From assembly GCA_965228735.1 (NCBI GenBank), contig OZ245838.1:6880001-6944000 (forward strand): a stretch of DNA of 64,000 bases, read 5' to 3'. A program made the position numbers and the translations under genes. The DNA comes from Planctomycetota bacterium. Its GTDB lineage: Bacteria > Planctomycetota > UBA1135 > UBA2386. Under the pieces are notes generated by a model. That model did not search any database, was not told where the DNA came from, and was given only the letters and a program-made list of their open reading frames with translations. The stretch's first letter is position 1; every line of letters begins with the position of its first letter. Shown here piece by piece: positions 46,432 through 55,980 of the stretch.

Positions 46432-49137
46432 TTATTCGCGCGCCCCGCCAGGCGAACCCGGGGCCGGGCTCGCCGGGCGGGGCGCTGCGTCCGATCGCGG
46501 TTCGGTCGCGTCACCGGCGCGGGCCAACAGGCTGTCGACGAGCTCGACCAACTCGGTGCCGGCAAACGGTTTGGGCAGGATCGCGTCGACCTCGACGGCG
46601 CCGAGTCCCGCGCGGATCGTGTCCTCGTCGTGGCCGCTCATGATCACGACCTTGAGGTCCGGCAACTGCTCGCGGAGCCGGCAAGTCAGTTGGCCGCCGT
46701 CCTGATCCGGCAGCGTCATGTCGATGACGGCGAGCACCGGCTTCGGTTCGGCCTCCTCCGATCCGCGCAGCGCTTCGCTGCCGCGGCTCGCCTCGATCAC
46801 CTCATAGCCCCGTTGCGTGAGTGACAGCCGCGTGAACGCGAGCAGCCAGTCCTGGTCGTCGACCACGAGGATCGGGCCCGATCGCCGGGCGATCGGGGGA
46901 CGCGGCATCGCCACCGGTGGCTCCGCGGCTCGATCCTGCGGCAGGTAGATCGCGAACGTGCTCTTCGTCTTGCCGTCGGCGACGAACCGGAACGCGCCGC
47001 CGAACCCCGTCGCGATCGTGCGCGCTGCGGTGAGGCCGGGGTCGGCACGGCTGGCCTCCACCCCGGTGGCGGGGTCGAAGATCCGTGGCAGGCTGGCCTC
47101 GGAGGTGCCGCCGCCGTCGTCGGTGATCTGCAGCACGGCGTACGACGGCGCCCGGCGCGGCGTGCCGAACCACGTCGCGCCCGGTCCGGTACCCGGCAGG
47201 GTTGCGACCTCGGCCAGCTCGATCACGATGCGGCGGCCGCCGGGGGGGGCGCCTCGAACGAGCCGCGCGACTTCCACGAGCAAGCGGCGGATCGCGCCGG
47301 TGTCGACGGTGGCGCGGATCGGTCGCGGCGGCAGTTCGATGCGCACGGCGACCGTCTGGTCGACCGAAGTGAGCAGCTCCTCGTGGGCCGCCGTCACGAC
47401 GTCGCGCAGGTCGACATCGTGTTCGATCGACCGGCTGCCGCAATCGCGCACGTTGGAGTAGTCGAACATGCGGGTGCACAGTTCGGCGGACTCTTCGGTC
47501 GTGGTGCGGATGCGCTCGAGGCGTTGGCGGTGGGGGTCGCCCGCCGGGATCTCATCGAGCAGCAGGTCGACCTGCGCCCGGACGGCGGCGAGTGTAGTCC
47601 CGAACTGTCGGGCCCAGCTCGCGGCCAGCGCGCGCACGCCCAGCAGGCGCTCGCGTCCCGTGTCGCCGCCGGCCTGACCGCCACTCGCACGCGACGGTTT
47701 CGTCGCTGCGGCACCTGTCGCTGCGGCCCGCACCGGTCCGTCGGCCCGGGACGAACCGGGATCGGTTGACCGTTCGACCGCCTCGGCAGGGCGTTCACGA
47801 CGCTCGCCGCGGCGGCGCCCGAAGCGGTAGGCGGCGACCGCCAAGCCGATCGCGGTCACGGTCGCGAGGCCGAGCAGGTCGCGGATCGTCCGGTTCGTCT
47901 CGTTCTTCGTGGCTGCCGTGCTCGCCGCCACGGCGTCGTCGATGAGCTGCGCGATGCGGTCGTTGCGGGTCGCGGTGCGAGCATCCCGCAGCCGACTCAG
48001 CGTTCGTCGGGCGGCATCGCGGTCGGCGTTTCGGCGGGGTGGCTCGAGCTCGGCGAGTCGGTTCGCGTGGTGCATCAGACCGGCGTCCAGTTCGCGCTGG
48101 CGGTCGAACTCGATGAGCGACCGCAACACGAGCCTCTCCAACTCGGGGCGGGCGAGCCGTTCGGCGAGGGCCATGGCTTCCTCGAGTGCCGGCTCTGCGC
48201 CGTCGGGATCGTCGAGCAGCAGATGCGTGCTCGCAGCCGCGTTCAGTGCCCGCGCCAACCGGGCGGGGCTGCCGAGCGCGCGGGCAACGTCGACGCGGCG
48301 TTCCGCGACGGCCAGGGCGCGGTCGGTATCACCCACCGCCAGCGCTGCCTCGAATCGACGGGCCAGGCAGTCGAGTACCGCCTGGCGATCGCCGAGTTCC
48401 TCGGCGGCACGCAGCACGTCGTGTCGGGCTGCCTCGGCATCGGCGTCGCGGCCCTGCCACTGCCACGCGTCGGCCTGGCGCAGTCGTGTTCGGAGCTGTC
48501 CGCGCACGTTCTGCGCAGCCGCGAAGAGTTGCGCCGCCGTGCGCAGGATCGCGTTGGGCTCGAGTCCCATCGATGTCGCTCGCAGCTGATCGTGCAGTGA
48601 CAACAGGCAGTCGCCGAGGACAGCGTCCGCGCCGGCGTCCGTTGCGAGGTCGGTCGCGCGCTCGAGGTTGAGCGCGGCGTTGCTGAGGTCGTGGTCGACG
48701 AAGCAGATCGTCGATTCGATCAAGAGCACGACCGCCCGCGTGACCACCGATGCGTCGGCTGGCAGTTCGGCCCGCGCCTGCTCCATCAGCCGTCGCCCGC
48801 GCGCCGTGCTCCCCAACTCGCAAGTCGCGGCGGCGGCCGTCGCGAGCGCGATCGCGGTCTCGCTGGCGCGACCGAGGCGTTTGGCTGCGGCCGCTGCGCG
48901 TTGTGCCGCGACGCGGGCCTTGGGCAGGTCATACGCGAGCAAGGCGCGGGCCCGCTGCAGCATCAGCTCGAGGCGCGCGTCGTCGGCCAGCGTCGGGTCG
49001 CCGAGTCGCTGTTCCGCGGCTTCGGCCACGCTGCGTTGGGCAGCGAGTGCGGTCGCGAACGTGAACGCGAGGGCCATCGCGCCCGACGCGCGGCCGCGCG
49101 CGAGCCGAACCGCGAACGGGAGGAGACGTGAGGGCAT
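46432..49137 (-). CDS. TPR-sensor hybrid histidine kinase-like protein with degenerate kinase core and intact receiver
   Basis: Signal peptide, TPR-like region, TM helix, degenerate HisKA/HATPase, REC domain (VVDD, IDMTLP, SG, KPF). Confidence 0.8.
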   Translation of the reverse strand: MPSRLLPFAVRLARGRASGAMALAFTFATALAAQRSVAEAAEQRLGDPTLADDARLELMLQRARALLAYDLPKARVAAQRAAAAAKRLGRASETAIALATAAAATCELGSTARGRRLMEQARAELPADASVVTRAVVLLIESTICFVDHDLSNAALNLERATDLATDAGADAVLGDCLLSLHDQLRATSMGLEPNAILRTAAQLFAAAQNVRGQLRTRLRQADAWQWQGRDADAEAARHDVLRAAEELGDRQAVLDCLARRFEAALAVGDTDRALAVAERRVDVARALGSPARLARALNAAASTHLLLDDPDGAEPALEEAMALAERLARPELERLVLRSLIEFDRQRELDAGLMHHANRLAELEPPRRNADRDAARRTLSRLRDARTATRNDRIAQLIDDAVAASTAATKNETNRTIRDLLGLATVTAIGLAVAAYRFGRRRGERRERPAEAVERSTDPGSSRADGPVRAAATGAAATKPSRASGGQAGGDTGRERLLGVRALAASWARQFGTTLAAVRAQVDLLLDEIPAGDPHRQRLERIRTTTEESAELCTRMFDYSNVRDCGSRSIEHDVDLRDVVTAAHEELLTSVDQTVAVRIELPPRPIRATVDTGAIRRLLVEVARLVRGAPPGGRRIVIELAEVATLPGTGPGATWFGTPRRAPSYAVLQITDDGGGTSEASLPRIFDPATGVEASRADPGLTAARTIATGFGGAFRFVADGKTKSTFAIYLPQDRAAEPPVAMPRPPIARRSGPILVVDDQDWLLAFTRLSLTQRGYEVIEASRGSEALRGSEEAEPKPVLAVIDMTLPDQDGGQLTCRLREQLPDLKVVIMSGHDEDTIRAGLGAVEVDAILPKPFAGTELVELVDSLLARAGDATEPRSDAAPRPASPAPGSPGGARE

Positions 49138-49272
49138 CCGTCGGGGCTAGGTGCCGGCGGGCTCGCACACGGCGAACACCGCGGGCGTGCATCCTACGGT
49201 CGTACCGGTCATCGCGCCCGCCACTTTAGCGAGCAACTGCGACCGGCAGTGGCCGTGGCTATATTTCGCCAG

Positions 49273-50526
49273 ATGTTGCTCGCCTCCGTCGTTCTCGCCT
49301 GCCCGCCGCAAGGACCCGGTCCATCGCTGATGCAGAGCTTCCAGCGCGGCGACTTCGGTCGCCAGCTCCGGGCGATCGTGCCCGCCGCAGATGACCGCGC
49401 GTGGCAGGCCGTGCCGTGGGGCTCCGAGTTTCGCCGCGCTCTCGTCGCCGGAGCCGAGCAGGACAAACCCGTGTTGCTCTGGGCGATGAACGGGCACCCG
49501 CTCGGCCAGACTTGAAACAACGGCGTGCGGGCCAGGCGGTCGGTCTGGACGGATCCGCACGTGCAGGAGTTGACGGCGAGGTTCGTGACGGTCGCCGACG
49601 AAGTCGGGCGACTGCAGCGTGGCAAGGACGCGGAGAGCGCGATGTTTCGCTCGTTCTGCGAAGAAGGTCATTACGGCGGTCGCTCGCGTCCGACGGGCAC
49701 GCGGCAGGGGATCTACGCCGTTGCGCCGTCGGGCCGCTTCCTGGCGTCGATCAACACGACGCAGCCGCAGCGGATGGTGAAGATGCTCGAGACGGCGCTC
49801 GCGCGTTGGGCGGAGCTCGCTCCGACAGAGCGTGCGCTCCCGCCCGACATGCGGGAGCGGCTGCTCGGCGCCGAACGATTCGAAGACCGCTACCCCGACG
49901 ACGGGCTCGTTCTCGCCGAGTACTGCCGCGACCTCGAGCCGGCCGGTGCCGAGATCCCGCAGTGGCAGGCCGGCGCATGGAACGAGGATCAGGCCTGGTT
50001 CACGGCCGCCGAAGCCAGCCGCTTCGTGCCCGAGGAACTCGCGGTCGGCGCGAGCCGCGACGTCCCGGCGCGACTCGCGAGCAGGCTCGCGCGCCTGCAC
50101 CTCCTCGACGTCGTGCGTGGGCAGACGGCCGCGTTCCGCAAGAACCACGTCGAACGCGCCGAACTTCGCAGTGTGATCACCGGCGTCACCGACGGGCGCG
50201 TCGAGTTGCGCTTGACCGGCCACACCGCGACGCGGCACCGCGGCAGATGGCGCGTGCGCGACGGCCGTTCGTACACCGAGCCGGTCGAACACGAGCGCGG
50301 CGTGCGCACGGAGCTGCGCGGCCGCGCGACGTGGGATCCGGCGGAGCGGCGCTTCACCGCGTTCGAGCTGGTCGCGCTCGGGGAACGCTGGGGCGCGACG
50401 CAGTACAACGGCCGCCCGAACGACCTCGAGCCGACCCCGATCGGGTTCGCGTTCGTGCTCGCGCCGCCAGACCACCCACGCGTCGCTCCGGCGTTCTATT
50501 GGCACTACACGCTGCGCAGCGAATAG
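49273..50526 (+). CDS. Probable selenoprotein, SelN-like thioredoxin fold (UGA at 49513-49515 read as Sec)
   Basis: ORFs 49249-49515 and 49525-50526 are in the same frame, separated by one TGA in KPVLLWAMNGHPLGQT-U-NNG; SECIS-like hairpin follows. Alternative start 49249. Confidence 0.8.
49523..49562 (+). promoter_or_regulatory. Candidate bacterial SECIS element
   Basis: Lower stem GCGUGCGG/CCGCACGU, upper stem CCAGGC/GUCUGG, apical loop GGUCG starting 22 nt after the UGA. Confidence 0.7.
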
Positions 50527-50562
50527 GTGTTCGGTACGGTGCCTGGCACCGACAACGGAGTG

Positions 50563-53500
50563 TCAGTCGTCGCCGCCGGTCAGTCCGGCGAGCATCTGTT
50601 GGGCGGCGTTCAGCATGCCGTGGCCGGGATGGGTGCGGCCCATGCGTTCGACCAGGCTCTCCAACAGTTCGATCGCGGCCTTCTTGTTCTCGCCGTCTGG
50701 GGTCATCGCGAGCGCGCGCGCGAGCCAGAACTCCGCATGGTAGGTCTGGAGGTTCTCCGGGCCGAGCGCGGTGTGGTTGAGCGTCGCGCCGCCCCGCAGG
50801 TGGGGGATCGCGTCGTCCGGGCGCTGCAGTCGCACGAACGTGATCCCGAGGCCGATGCGGGGCCGCGCCTGGGTCGGATGGTCCGCCGGCAGCGTGCGAC
50901 CGAACATCGCGATCGACTCCTCGAACAACGGGATCGCCTCGTCGTAGCGCCGCTGGCGTGAGATCGCGGTCGCGAGGCTCAACAGGCTGCCGGCGGTCTG
51001 GGAGTGTTCGCCGAGCTTCGCGCGCCTGGCGTCGAGCACCGCGCGAAACTCGTTCTCGGCGGCGGCGTGATTGCCGCGATCGAGTTCGCCGACGGCGACC
51101 GAGTTGCGCGCCGTCAAGACCACCGGGTGCAGCGCGTCGTAGACCGCGCTGCGGATCGCGAGCGACTCGCGATACATCGCGACGGCCTCGTCGATCCTGC
51201 CGGTCCGCCTGAGCAGGTTGGCGAAGTTGGACAGCGTCGTCGCGAGCTCGGGGTGGGCGGCGGGCAGAGCCGCGCGCTGAATCGCGAGGGCGTCGCGGAA
51301 CAGCGTTTCGGCTTCTTCGAGCTCGTCGAGCCGTCCGAGGCACGCGGCGAGCTGGCCCATCGTCAGTGCCGGATACGGGTGGTCGTCGTCGAACCGTGCG
51401 CGGTCGTGCGCGAGGATCTCGCGCAACAGCTCGATCGCGCGGTCGTCGTTGCCGTAGTCGATCTCGAGCATCGCGAGTTCGAACAGCATCGTGTCGACGT
51501 CCGGGTGATCGGGGCCGGTGAACTCGCGCGTCAGCTCGAGGGTCCGTTCGAACGCCGTGCGAGCCGACTCGAGATCCTCGAGCTCCTTGTAGGCCCGGCC
51601 GCGCTCCGTGTGCAGCATCAGGAACCGCGGGTCGTCGACCGCCGAGGCGTCCGGGGCGTCGCCGACGGCTTCTCGCTGGGTCGCTTCGAGCAACTCCGCG
51701 GCCTGCTCGGGACGGCCCCGTTCGCGCAGCACCTGCGCGCGCGTGACCGCGACGCCGAACGTCCGGTCCGTGACGTCGTTCTCCGCGGCGAGCCGCGCGG
51801 CCCGGTCGAGGAGCTGCTCGGCTTCGTCATAGCGGCCGGGCTCACGCAGCCAGGAGGCGAGCGTCGTGAGCCGGAGAACGCGCTCGAGCACCGGCGCCGG
51901 ACCGCCGCGTGCCGGAGGTTCGATCGACGCGCGGATGAGCCGTTCGCCGGCCGCGTCGTCGCCGTCGTGGAACGCCTGCACGCCGGCCCAGTACTGGGCG
52001 CGACGATGGGCCGAACCGTCGCCGGCATGCTCGCGCAGCACGCGTTCGGCTTCGGCCATGAGCGGGCGCGACGCGTCGTAGAGTCCGAGTCCGATGTAGG
52101 CCCGCGCCATCGTCATCTGCAGCTGCGCGCGCTGTGCGGGCGCCACGGTGAGGTCACGATCGATGCGGCGCGCGCCGCGGTCGAGCAGCTGGCGCGCACG
52201 CAGAGTCTCGGCGCGTTCGGGATCGGGCGACGCCATGTCGAACAGGTCGACGAGGAAGCCCGTCATCTCGTCCGCCAGGCGACGTTGCGTGATCGCGTTG
52301 TCTCGCTCCTGCGCGATCCGCTGGTTCTGTAGGAACGTCGTGATCGCGAACGCGACGACGAGGCCGAGCACGACGACCGCCGCGCCGAGCGCGATGCGAT
52401 GGCGCGCGACGAACTTCCGCGCGCGATAGCCGATGGTGTCCCCCTGGGCCGTGACCGGCAGCCCGTCGAGATAGTTGCCGAGGTCGGCGGCGAGCGCCGC
52501 GGCCGACTCGTACCGCCGTTCGGGCTCCTTGCGCATCGCGCACGCGACGATCGTGTCGAGGTCGCCGCGCAGCAGACGCGTCGAGTGCGGCGCGCTCGGG
52601 CCGCGCGTGTTCGCGATGGCGCTCGGGGGTGGGGGCGTGCGCTCGCACACGACTTCGATGAGCTGGGTCAGCGACCGGTTCTCGAGCGGCTGCGCGCGCT
52701 CTCCGGACAGCAGTTCGTAGAGCAGAGCGCCGAGCGCGTAGACGTCGGTCGCCGTCGTGATCGGTTCGCCGCGCACTTGTTCGGGGCTGCTGTACTCCGG
52801 CGTGAGCAGCATGTTGCCGGTGCGGGTGAGGGCGAGCGAGGCCTCGCCGTGCTCCTCCGGCAGCAGCAGCTTGGCGATGCCGAAGTCGAGCAACTTCGGT
52901 TCGCCGTCCGTCGACACGAGGATGTTGCTCGGCTTGAGATCGCGGTGCACGACGAGCGCGCGGTGCGCGTGCGCGACGCCGCGGCAGACCTTGATGAACA
53001 GGCGCAGCCGGTCGTGCAGCGAGAGCCGAGCTTCGCGGCAGAACGTGAGCAGGTCGGGCCCGTCGACGTACTCCATGACGACGTAGGGCTGACCGGTGTC
53101 CGTCGTGCCGCCGTCGAACAGTGCCGCGATGTTGGGATGCTGGAGGCCGGCGAGGATGCGGCGCTCGGTGCGGAAGCGGCGCTGCATCTCGCTGTCGTCG
53201 AGCGGCGCGCGCAGCAGCTTGATCGCGACGCGGTTCTTGAAGTCGCTGTCCTGCCGCTCGCAAAGGTAGACGACACCCATGCCGCCGCGGCCGAGCTCGC
53301 GCGTGACGCGGTAGCTGCCGATCTGCTCGGGCGGCGGCCCGGCGGCCTCGTTCTCGGCGTCCTGCATCGCGCCCGCGACCTCGGCCTCGCCGAACGCCTG
53401 CGCCGGCGAACCGAGCTCTTCGGGGTCGTCGTTGTGCTGCGCGAACAGCCGCCGCAGCTCCGTCGCGAGCGTCGGCGTCTCGGCCGCCAACCGCTCCAGC

Positions 53501-53619
53501 GCGGCGGCGCGGGCCGTTTCGGAGAGCGCCCGCAGCGCCTCGAACTCCGTCGCGATGCGACCGAAGTCGAGTTCCCCGCTATGCTTCGTGGGGCGTCCGG
53601 GCGTGGCGTCGTCGTTCAT
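50563..53619 (-). CDS. Hanks-type Ser/Thr kinase with TM and TPR repeats (ECF-associated)
   Basis: LGRGGMGVVY, VAIK, HRDLKPSN, LLDFGIAK, TPEYSSPEQ. Confidence 0.95.
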   Translation of the reverse strand: MNDDATPGRPTKHSGELDFGRIATEFEALRALSETARAAALERLAAETPTLATELRRLFAQHNDDPEELGSPAQAFGEAEVAGAMQDAENEAAGPPPEQIGSYRVTRELGRGGMGVVYLCERQDSDFKNRVAIKLLRAPLDDSEMQRRFRTERRILAGLQHPNIAALFDGGTTDTGQPYVVMEYVDGPDLLTFCREARLSLHDRLRLFIKVCRGVAHAHRALVVHRDLKPSNILVSTDGEPKLLDFGIAKLLLPEEHGEASLALTRTGNMLLTPEYSSPEQVRGEPITTATDVYALGALLYELLSGERAQPLENRSLTQLIEVVCERTPPPPSAIANTRGPSAPHSTRLLRGDLDTIVACAMRKEPERRYESAAALAADLGNYLDGLPVTAQGDTIGYRARKFVARHRIALGAAVVVLGLVVAFAITTFLQNQRIAQERDNAITQRRLADEMTGFLVDLFDMASPDPERAETLRARQLLDRGARRIDRDLTVAPAQRAQLQMTMARAYIGLGLYDASRPLMAEAERVLREHAGDGSAHRRAQYWAGVQAFHDGDDAAGERLIRASIEPPARGGPAPVLERVLRLTTLASWLREPGRYDEAEQLLDRAARLAAENDVTDRTFGVAVTRAQVLRERGRPEQAAELLEATQREAVGDAPDASAVDDPRFLMLHTERGRAYKELEDLESARTAFERTLELTREFTGPDHPDVDTMLFELAMLEIDYGNDDRAIELLREILAHDRARFDDDHPYPALTMGQLAACLGRLDELEEAETLFRDALAIQRAALPAAHPELATTLSNFANLLRRTGRIDEAVAMYRESLAIRSAVYDALHPVVLTARNSVAVGELDRGNHAAAENEFRAVLDARRAKLGEHSQTAGSLLSLATAISRQRRYDEAIPLFEESIAMFGRTLPADHPTQARPRIGLGITFVRLQRPDDAIPHLRGGATLNHTALGPENLQTYHAEFWLARALAMTPDGENKKAAIELLESLVERMGRTHPGHGMLNAAQQMLAGLTGGDD

Positions 53620-54190
53620 GTCAAGCGATCGCGAGTCGTTCACCGAGATGCTGCAGCGCCACCGCGGCGGCGAGGACGTCGCCCTCGGCGCGTTCCTGCC
53701 CGCGGTCTACGACGAACTGCGCGGCCTCGCCCGGCAGCAGCTGCAGCGCGAGGCCAAGGCGGCGCTCGAGCCGACTGCGCTCGTGCACGAAGTCTACCTC
53801 CGGCTCGTGGATCAGCGGCTCGCAGGGGTGGCGGATCGAACGCATTTTCGGCGGCTCTGTGCGCGGGTCATGCGGCAGGTCCTCGTGGACCAGGCCCGCA
53901 AACGCGATGCGCAGAAACGCGGTGGCGACCGCGAAGAAACCCTCAAAACCTGGCTCGAACCCGCGGCCCCCGATGCCGCGGGCGGCGGCCTGCCCGTGCT
54001 CGCGCTCGACGAGGCCCTCGAACGCCTCACCGCGCTCGATGAACGCAAGGCCCAGGTCGTCGAGCTGCGCTGCTTCGGCGGCCTGTCGATGGCCGAGGTC
54101 GCGGCCGCGCTCGAGGTGTCGCTGCGCACGATCGAGGCGGATTGGTACTTCGCCCGCGCCTGGCTCAAGGCCGAGCTCGCGCCGGAGTAG
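53618..54190 (+). CDS. ECF sigma factor, TIGR02999-type (kinase-associated)
   Basis: VYDELRGLA, LEPTALVHEVYLRL, MRQVLVDQAR..KRGG, VELRCFGGL, DWYFARAWL. Confidence 0.93.
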   Translation: MSSDRESFTEMLQRHRGGEDVALGAFLPAVYDELRGLARQQLQREAKAALEPTALVHEVYLRLVDQRLAGVADRTHFRRLCARVMRQVLVDQARKRDAQKRGGDREETLKTWLEPAAPDAAGGGLPVLALDEALERLTALDERKAQVVELRCFGGLSMAEVAAALEVSLRTIEADWYFARAWLKAELAPE

Positions 54191-54256
54191 CCGCGAGAGT
54201 CGCTGGGGGAGCGGCGCTGGACTTCGCAGTCGGTGCGGCTATCGTCCCGTGCGAGT

Positions 54257-54332
54257 TACCCCGTGGTGTAATTGGTAGCACATCTGGTTTTGGTCCAGTC
54301 GGTTCCTGGTTCGAGTCCAGGCGGGGTAACCA
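54257..54332 (+). tRNA. tRNA-Gln (anticodon TTG)
   Basis: Acceptor stem TACCCCG/CGGGGTA, D arm GTGT/GCAC, anticodon loop TTTTGGT, T arm CCTGG-TTCGAGT-CCAGG, encoded CCA. Confidence 0.97.
54288..54332 (+). repeat. attL core (3' part of tRNA-Gln)
   Basis: TTTTGGTCCAGTCGGTTCCTGGTTCGAGTCCAGGCGGGGTAACCA, identical to 62568-62612. Confidence 0.95.
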
Positions 54333-54411
54333 CTCTCAAGAACTGCTGAGCGTCGCACTTGCGACGAACCGGCTTCGGGCCGTGCGGCACCTGGATTCGC
54401 CCTTCGGGTCA

Positions 54412-54436
54412 GTGTCCAGCCATTTGTGTCCAGCCA
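54412..54436 (+). repeat. Candidate integrase arm-type sites (2 x GTGTCCAGCCA)
   Basis: Exact 11-bp direct repeats at 54412 and 54426; the reverse complement occurs at 60534-60544 and 62403-62413. Confidence 0.7.
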
Positions 54437-54455
54437 GAGCACCGGAGGCTTCCCG

Positions 54456-55877
54456 ATGCCGTCCAGCAGTCGCCGCACCAAGCGGTCCAAGTTCCATCCC
54501 CGCACGCCGCAGTTGCGCCGCCACAGTCGCGGCCGCGCGATCGTCACCTTGTCCGGTGAGACCCACTTCCTCGGCGCGTGGCCACCTGACGCGGCGGCCC
54601 ACCGCGCGTACGCGGAGCTCCTCGAGCAGTGGGAGGCGAACGGCCGGCAGCCCATCAAGTCCGTCGTGGAGACGTGCGCGAGTGCTCAGCGCGACGCGGA
54701 ACGGCTCGCCGAGCGGTTGGGCGTGACCGTTGACCAGGCGGAGCGGGTGCGCGTGCTGGCGATCGAGATGAGCCTGAGCCACGCCGAGGCGCTGGCGCTC
54801 GCGCGCGTGCGGCACGTCGACCTGTTCGAGCCGCAGGAGCCGGTCGCCTCGGTGCGGGACGCGCTCGCGGACTACGAGGCGCACATCGACGGCATCGGCA
54901 AGTACACCAAGGGCGGCGCGCGGACGACGGAGCGGTCACTTATCGACCGAGTCGTCCGCGAGTTCGTCGAGCAGTACGGCGACGTGCCCGTGAGCGAGCT
55001 CGGCAAGCGCCACCTGGTCGGCTACCGCCGCTGGCTCGAGGTGGACAACCCGCACTTGACGGTGAGCGGCATCCGCAGGAAGACCGCGACCATCAAGCGC
55101 GCCCTGGCGTGGCTCTACGAGGGCGAGGTGCTGACGCCCGAGCAGTGGCTCGCCGTCGACTCCGTGCGGCAGCTTCGGCGCAGCGACCTCCCCGAGCGCG
55201 ACGTGCGCAAGCCGAAGCGCGAGGTGACGCTCGAGGAGGCCGAGGCCGTCGCCGAGAATGCCGGGCGGGTCATCGGGGCGATGGTGCTCACGCAAGCGTT
55301 GACGGCGTGCCGGCCTGGCGAGGTGGTCGCGATGAAGCACGGCGACATCGACCGCACGCCGGTCGTCGGCCCTGACGGCGTGAGCTACTGGACGTGGCAC
55401 CTGCGCACGCACAAGACCTCGCACCACGACCCCGAGGCTCGGACCATTCCGCTCGGACCGCGGGCGCAGCAGATTCTCGGCCAGTTCCGCGGCTTCGGCG
55501 CCGCGTTCGTGTTCCAGCCGCGCGACATGGTCGCCGACCGTCGCCGTGAGCAGCGCGAGCGCCGGAAGACTCCCGTGCAGCCGAGCCAGCAGGCACGCGA
55601 CAGAAGGCCGAAGCGCCCCGTTGCCGCGCAGTTCGACACCGACCTCTACAACCGATGCGTGCTGCGAGCCATCGCGCGCACGAAGGGCGTGGCGAGGTTC
55701 ACGGTCCACCAGCTTCGGCACGGCGCGTTGTCGCGCATCGCACGGACCGAGGGTCCGCTCGCGGCGCAGGCCATCGCAGGGCACAAGCACCTGACGACGA
55801 CGCAGGGCTACGTGCACCACGCACGCGACGACGCATTGCGTGCGGCGGCGTGCCTGGACGGCGCGCAGGTCGGCTAG
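54456..55877 (+). CDS. int: Tyrosine recombinase/integrase
   Basis: GGAGG SD; catalytic set ACRPGE (R), HKT (K), HQLRH, GHKH, QGYVH (Y); N-terminal arm-binding-like segment. Confidence 0.95.
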   Translation: MPSSSRRTKRSKFHPRTPQLRRHSRGRAIVTLSGETHFLGAWPPDAAAHRAYAELLEQWEANGRQPIKSVVETCASAQRDAERLAERLGVTVDQAERVRVLAIEMSLSHAEALALARVRHVDLFEPQEPVASVRDALADYEAHIDGIGKYTKGGARTTERSLIDRVVREFVEQYGDVPVSELGKRHLVGYRRWLEVDNPHLTVSGIRRKTATIKRALAWLYEGEVLTPEQWLAVDSVRQLRRSDLPERDVRKPKREVTLEEAEAVAENAGRVIGAMVLTQALTACRPGEVVAMKHGDIDRTPVVGPDGVSYWTWHLRTHKTSHHDPEARTIPLGPRAQQILGQFRGFGAAFVFQPRDMVADRRREQRERRKTPVQPSQQARDRRPKRPVAAQFDTDLYNRCVLRAIARTKGVARFTVHQLRHGALSRIARTEGPLAAQAIAGHKHLTTTQGYVHHARDDALRAAACLDGAQVG

Positions 55878-55980
55878 CATTCACCGCGAGGGGCAACGGT
55901 CCGGGTCGCTCTCGGTCCGTAGGCGGTGGAGCCTCACCGCCGCGCCCCTCGCATTTCAACGAGGCTGCACGGAGGTTCCC

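Noticed and set aside
49513..49515. Nonsense mutation or genome-wide UGA reassignment
   Set aside because: UGA is a normal stop for many genes here, and its position in a redox-type motif with a SECIS-like hairpin favours Sec. A pseudogene is not fully excluded.
54351..54366. Hairpin CGTCGC-ACTT-GCGACG after the tRNA as an intrinsic terminator
   Set aside because: No U-tract follows, so it cannot be called a terminator with confidence.
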